Source: Gnetum montanum
Taxonomy: Eukaryota > Plantae > Gnetophyta
Assembly (NCBI GenBank): GCA_015680685.1
Contig: MNCI01002996.1
Location: 619,472 to 683,471 of the forward strand
Direction: 5' to 3'
Length of the DNA stretch: 64,000 bases
The notes below the pieces were generated by a model. It saw nothing but the letters and a program-made list of their open reading frames with translations, had not been told where the DNA came from and did not search any database. Below are positions 58,696 through 64,000 of this stretch, one piece after another (within the stretch, counting starts at the first letter, position 1; every line of letters starts with the position of its first letter). The translations under genes and the position numbers were made by a program.

Positions 58696-60789
58696 GTATA
58701 CTGAAACAACACAGAGTTTGCACTCAAGCAAATTCGACAACAAATAGAAGCAGCATTTTCCGTTCGAATTCTCGTTGGCCACTCTGGTTTGTTGGATTTA
58801 GCGCTGAAATTCACTATACCACAAAAGACCTTCGTCCACTTAACAGGATTATGTTTGTGATCGTGTGTCACGTAGCTCTTTCAGAAAACAAGCAATGTGG
58901 ATAATGTTTTTCTCCATGTTATTTTCCTGTTTTGTTTCCCCTTTTATCGGGGGTTCGGAATTTCAGAGTTTAGCAAACAGGATGCATACGTTCTTTCCCT
59001 AAAATATAGTATTTTTGGGGTAGTACATTTTTTCGAATGTTTAATACGGTATGTTGCTTTAAAGAGGCCTCTTTAAAGCAACTTCCAAGCATGGGGTACC
59101 CTATTGTGTTGTCCCGAGTTTGCATTCCACCAGGTTGAATTCTAAGATTGTGCGAATTAAATATAATTTGTAATGTACACAAGGTAATCTTTAAACTACC
59201 TTTTCTAAAAGCATGTAGTCTATGGGGGTTTGCAAATCATAGGTTCGAATCAAATCTAATGGGTGTACGTATCTAACCATAAGCCATAGGTTCAATTTAT
59301 TTGACACACCACTTAAAGTTGACAACACTTGCATGATAGCTAGCTATCCTAGAGCAAAACTATCTATCATGTAGTACATATAATTTGGTATTTCCTTGCC
59401 AAAACTCTTACCACTAAGTTGACACCTCATTGTTTTATTATATCTATGTAGACCAAAAGGATCTATATTTTATTATGTTTGTATGGACAAAAAGGATTTG
59501 TCAAACATGAACTTATGTAGAATTTATCAGCAACAATGAATCTTGAGACATGTCCATAGGTTTTTTACCAATCTTTTGATTTTCTAAATTTCTTTTCTTT
59601 TGCTAAACAATTTTTTTCCTTGAACTATTGCATAACAATCCTTAATTTTTCTTGGACAACTTTGCATTTTTTTACATCCAAAAATTTTATTTATCATTAT
59701 TGTACAAATATTTTTCATTGCTTGTTAGTTTATCAATTACTAGTCCAATTCATTACTACTTTACTTTCTTCTTTAATTGCACTTATACTTGATTTTCTTG
59801 GTTTAATTATCTTTGAAACTTTTTCCAAATGGTTGTTCATAATAAAAAACATTGAGGAAGTTTATTTATTGGTGATTATATGCCAAATCTTTAGAATGAA
59901 CAACACATTCAAGATATTTTAACTCCTAATAATTCGTTTGCAACTATTGGTCAAGATATGGAGATAAGATATTTTGATTATGTTAATCTTTTCATAGAAT
60001 ATTTGATTTCCTACCTTGGGAGGTTTTTTAGGATTGGTTATAAGGAGGAAAACTTGAAAATGCATCCCAAAATCATTAGGCCATTTCTTTTTGTTGATTT
60101 GAAGTTTCTCCTATTTGCAATACTCCTTTACTTTTGTATTTTGAATTTTTATTTTTAATATATATATTTTTTAGGATCTAACATCCCTTATTACAGTTTG
60201 CAGGTACATCTAGACATAATTACTTGAATAATGACTCTAGACAAGTGACTCAATCACACATGATGGGCACTTATTGATTGCTACAAAATCACAAAAAGAA
60301 ATTACAAGAATGTAGCTATTATGGACTAAAACTATGACAAACGTGCCATGAGCTACTTATATTATAATCAAATTCACTTACAGTGTTAATGCATTTGCAT
60401 AAATGCATCAAATGTTGCGATGCAGTAGGGTGCATGGGGACTAGGTAATAGGCTATGGTTACTCCAGTTCTCGACTAGTATTTAAGTTTTAATTTCATCA
60501 ATTCCAAGGCATGGGCTATGCCAGTAATTTAGACAAAATGTAGCCTTAAGCTTCTTGACATTAGATATTTGACGTTTCATCACAATTGAAAGTAAAGCAC
60601 CCTTCTATTATTTGCTTATTTAACAAGTTCACTTGAAATAATTTGCAAGATAATATTTGCAAATACCATAAGTAAATCTTCAACATGGTTCTTGGGTCCT
60701 TAAAAATTCCATGGGACAAATAGGTAACATTTTTTTAAAGCTATCTCAAATACTTGTATTGTTAAATGGGATATGCTTTTCTTCTTAAA

Positions 60790-62345
60790 GACACTCTAAG
60801 ATGCCACAATTACCTTGAGACATGTACGAAATATGGGTCATCAAAAACACCTATCATCAAACTAGAGGAACCTGTCAAAGCCCAACTTCATTCTACTCTA
60901 GTAGATATACATAAGGGGGAGGCTACTGACTCAGATACAAGTGGGACTCTAGGCCAAGGGTTCCTACTAGATCTTACAGAGAAATTCATAAGATTCATGA
61001 AAGGAGAACCAACCAGCATCATTCTCCTACCACCTCATCTGCCTCATCACGATCGTTGGAGGACTTTGACAGAAGACAATACAAGTATCAAGACTTGGAT
61101 AGGGAAGAAAGGTGAACTCATGGTCATCATGATAGACATTCAGGACTCTCTGATGCAAAAGATGAAGAGTATGAATGAAGAAGAAGAAGAGATAGAAGAG
61201 AGGATCAAGAAAGGCATGAGCATTTAAGGGGTCACTGCTACAATAGAGCATACAAACCTGATCATGATGATGAACCCCTTATGTCAACCTAAAGCATGAT
61301 AAATATTTAGGAAGCTATTTACATACCAACTAGGCATGTGAGAGATAACTGAATCAAACAATTAGATATGAACAATATGCCACTATTTGAAGGTGGCTAT
61401 AATGTTGATTCCTATCATCACCTTCAAGCATTCCATGATGCCTATGTCCTTCAAAACATAGAGAGTGATTGGTAGAAATTAAAGATGTTTCCTAGAACAC
61501 TTGTGAAGGAAGTGGAAAGCTAATATAAGTCACTGGAACTTGAATCCATTAGACGCTGGAGTACCATGCTTGAAATCTTTAGTGACAAATATTAGACCTA
61601 TTCATGAGTGTCAAATCTAAGAAAATAAATCTAGGTTGGAAACAAGGGACTCACAAAACCCTTAATGTAACAATGAGTAGATACTATTCACTATTACAGA
61701 GATGCCTAGGCCATAGATTTTCATCAAAGGAGCAGCTCAAGCACATCATAAATGGGCTAAGAAGCAAAACCAGAGAGACCCTTGGGGTTTATGCCTAGGA
61801 GAGATTATCAGAAATGACTGCACATCGTATTCAAAGACTTAATCAAGTGGCCAAAGAGGAAGGAGAACTCAGAAAATGGGAATCAGCTAAAGAGTTCAAA
61901 AGAGATCTATCAATCTGAAAGAGGGATGTATGAGTATGTAATAGACAAGAAGACAAAACCTTGGATGAGGTCATTCAGCAAAAGACTATACCAATCCAAA
62001 AATCTATAAATGACATAGCAACTAAGGTAGAGAAGATGTGGGATTTTGTTGATGAAAAATTCACAACTTCTTTAAAGATAGTGGAGGAAAGAACTAACCA
62101 AGCATTAGAAAGAGGCAAAGACAAAAGGAAGATAAAAGAACTTGGACACAAAGGCAAAGTTACTTTAGTTGTTAAGTGCTTAAACACCAGCTCCAAAAAT
62201 GATGAATGTTGTAATGTGTGTCAATACGAACATCCCAAGGGATGTTGTCTAGTCATGGCACATCTGCAAGAAATGGGGGCATATGCACTCAATCCCAGAT
62301 TTTTTCAAAAACAAATGCCCAATTGGTTATCTTATTCTCAAGAAA
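60790..62345 (+). mobile_element. Decayed Athila-like gag
   Basis: LDMNNMPLFEGGYNVDSYHHLQAFHDAY..LKMFPRTL, RYYSLLQRCLGHRFS..LKHIINGL and knuckle CNVCQYEHPKGCC; homologous to 172-1635(-). Confidence 0.8.
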
Positions 62346-64000
62346 TGAGTAATGTTTTGCAAGGTTGTGATATTAGGTATTCGATATCGGGGCCACGATG
62401 TCGGGTATTCGATATTGAGGCCACGATGTTGGGTATCCAATATTGGGGTGCAACCTCCAATGTCAAGGATCTGATATTGCTCGTCTGTGCTAACCTATAA
62501 ATACCACACTTGGGTGCATGGTTGGGGGATGGCAGATAGAAGATAGATAGATAAAGTCATAGATTTTGAAAGATTTCAAGTTTTGTTCATTTCTAGTGCA
62601 TGCCTGCAGTGTGATGTTAAGTGATTGTATGAAATTCTTATTTGAGTGTGATGTACTTGGACACATTACATGTTCAGCAATAAATATCAAGATCACTTCC
62701 ATCATTTCAGCATCCACTTAGCTTTATTATTGTTAATTTCTTAATTGTTTGCTATTTTCCTTAATTAATGTTACCATTCATTGCTCTTTATTATTTTTGT
62801 TATTAAGCGGAATGAGTACAACTAATTGCAAGTGCTTAATTGTAACTACTTTGTACTCTAGTAATGTTATCATTTGGTATGCCTAGTAATGGTATGCTTG
62901 GTAACCCTAGCGATAGTTGCACGAAGTCCAAGTTGTGCATGGAAGGTTAGGAATAAATACTTGTCGCACTTAGGCTAGTTATACTTTACTACCTAATGTT
63001 AATTAGTTTAAATAATTGATTTCTTTATCATCATTAGAAGTAGCTTAGGGCCAAACAACATCAATTATCATATGCCTCACTTTGTATTAAACCATACATG
63101 ATAAAGCTATTACTAGTCAAAGTGGGAAGACAATGAACTGTGATCAAGGCATAACAATTTAGATGCACAACTAGTCCCATCCATGGAATTCGACCGAACC
63201 ACGTGTGAATGCTTGTGATTTGTATGGTTGGGCATAGGGGTACTGCTCATCATTGGCACCATTGCTGGGGATGGTGCTAGTTATCTAAATTAGTTATATT
63301 ATACATGATCACTATAAATGAATTCATGATTTTTCTTTCAGAAAATAGTAAATCATACACATCATTAACCAACAATAATGTCTCTTTCACAAGGAGGCGA
63401 TAATGCATCATATGAAGAGAACATTCATTGGAGGACTAATGAGATATATATCAGAGAAAATTGGAGTGACCAACCTCATGCATGGGTTTCCATGACCGCC
63501 TTGAATATACTCAAGGACTACATTCACCTAAGGTAGGCAATCCTAGAGAAGATGAAGTAAGTCCTAGATTAGGGAAGGCCTTAAGGCTTAGGAACTCCTC
63601 AAAACCTAGTAAAGATAAATTAAGGGACAATAGGGAACATCATAGAAGCCATGGCAATCCTCCTAGTTTCTCATCTTCCTCTTCCTCTTCAATTTCTAGT
63701 TTTAACAAGGATGAATGTAGGTATAGAGACAAAGCTCCGCTATGGGGTCGAAATAAAAATAGAAATCGAAACCATGGGAAAAATCAAAGACATCAAAATG
63801 AACATAGACAAAATTGTCACAATCAAACAAATAGAAATAGAAATTTTTACCACAACATGTTTGATGATGATGAACCCTTGTTGGCCACTAAGAGCATTTG
63901 TAGATCATAGAGGCAGTTAAAATACCCCACAGGCATCACAGGAAAGTTGCATAAAAAGGCTTGATATGAATAATATCCCAAAATTTATGAGAGGCTATGA
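62346..64000 (+). mobile_element. 5' part of an Athila-like element: 5' LTR (about 62346-63252), PBS 63254-63271, start of decayed gag (ATG about 63378); runs off the window end
   Basis: The LTR ends ctcatca and is followed by tggcaccattgctgggga. atgtctctttcacaag matches the gag start at 1635(-). The exact LTR start is approximate. Confidence 0.85.

Noticed and set aside
58696-58782. Upstream in-frame start extending the fibrillin N-terminus by 29 aa
   Set aside because: The extension is not transit-peptide-like; MAQSLLSS at 58695 is the typical start.

Overview
AT-rich land-plant nuclear DNA. A non-flowering lineage such as a fern or lycophyte is plausible but is only an inference. There are three intact genes: a 15-exon GH27 alpha-galactosidase (10025-12776, +), an intronless N-acetylglucosaminyltransferase II (28853-30226, -) and a 4-exon fibrillin/PAP of the FBN6 type (49917-58695, -). 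Also present are a possible small-protein gene, a tRNA-Ala(TGC) with non-standard bases and a subtilase pseudogene fragment. The rest is mostly nested retroelements: ten copies of one Athila-like LTR family (four are solo LTRs with perfect 5-bp TSDs), gag and integrase relics, a decayed Ty1/copia, a 1.2-kb non-autonomous two-LTR element, and LINE/SINE relics. Two observations stand out. (1) The LTRs carry 1-4 tandem copies of an RNA structural module in which two internal loops (UACGA/GAAUCGGCUG and ACGA/GUACGGCU) are conserved while the helices between them are rewritten by compensatory changes; I do not recognise it as a known motif. (2) A near-complete Merlin (IS1595/ISXO2-like) transposase relic lies inside the fibrillin intron.
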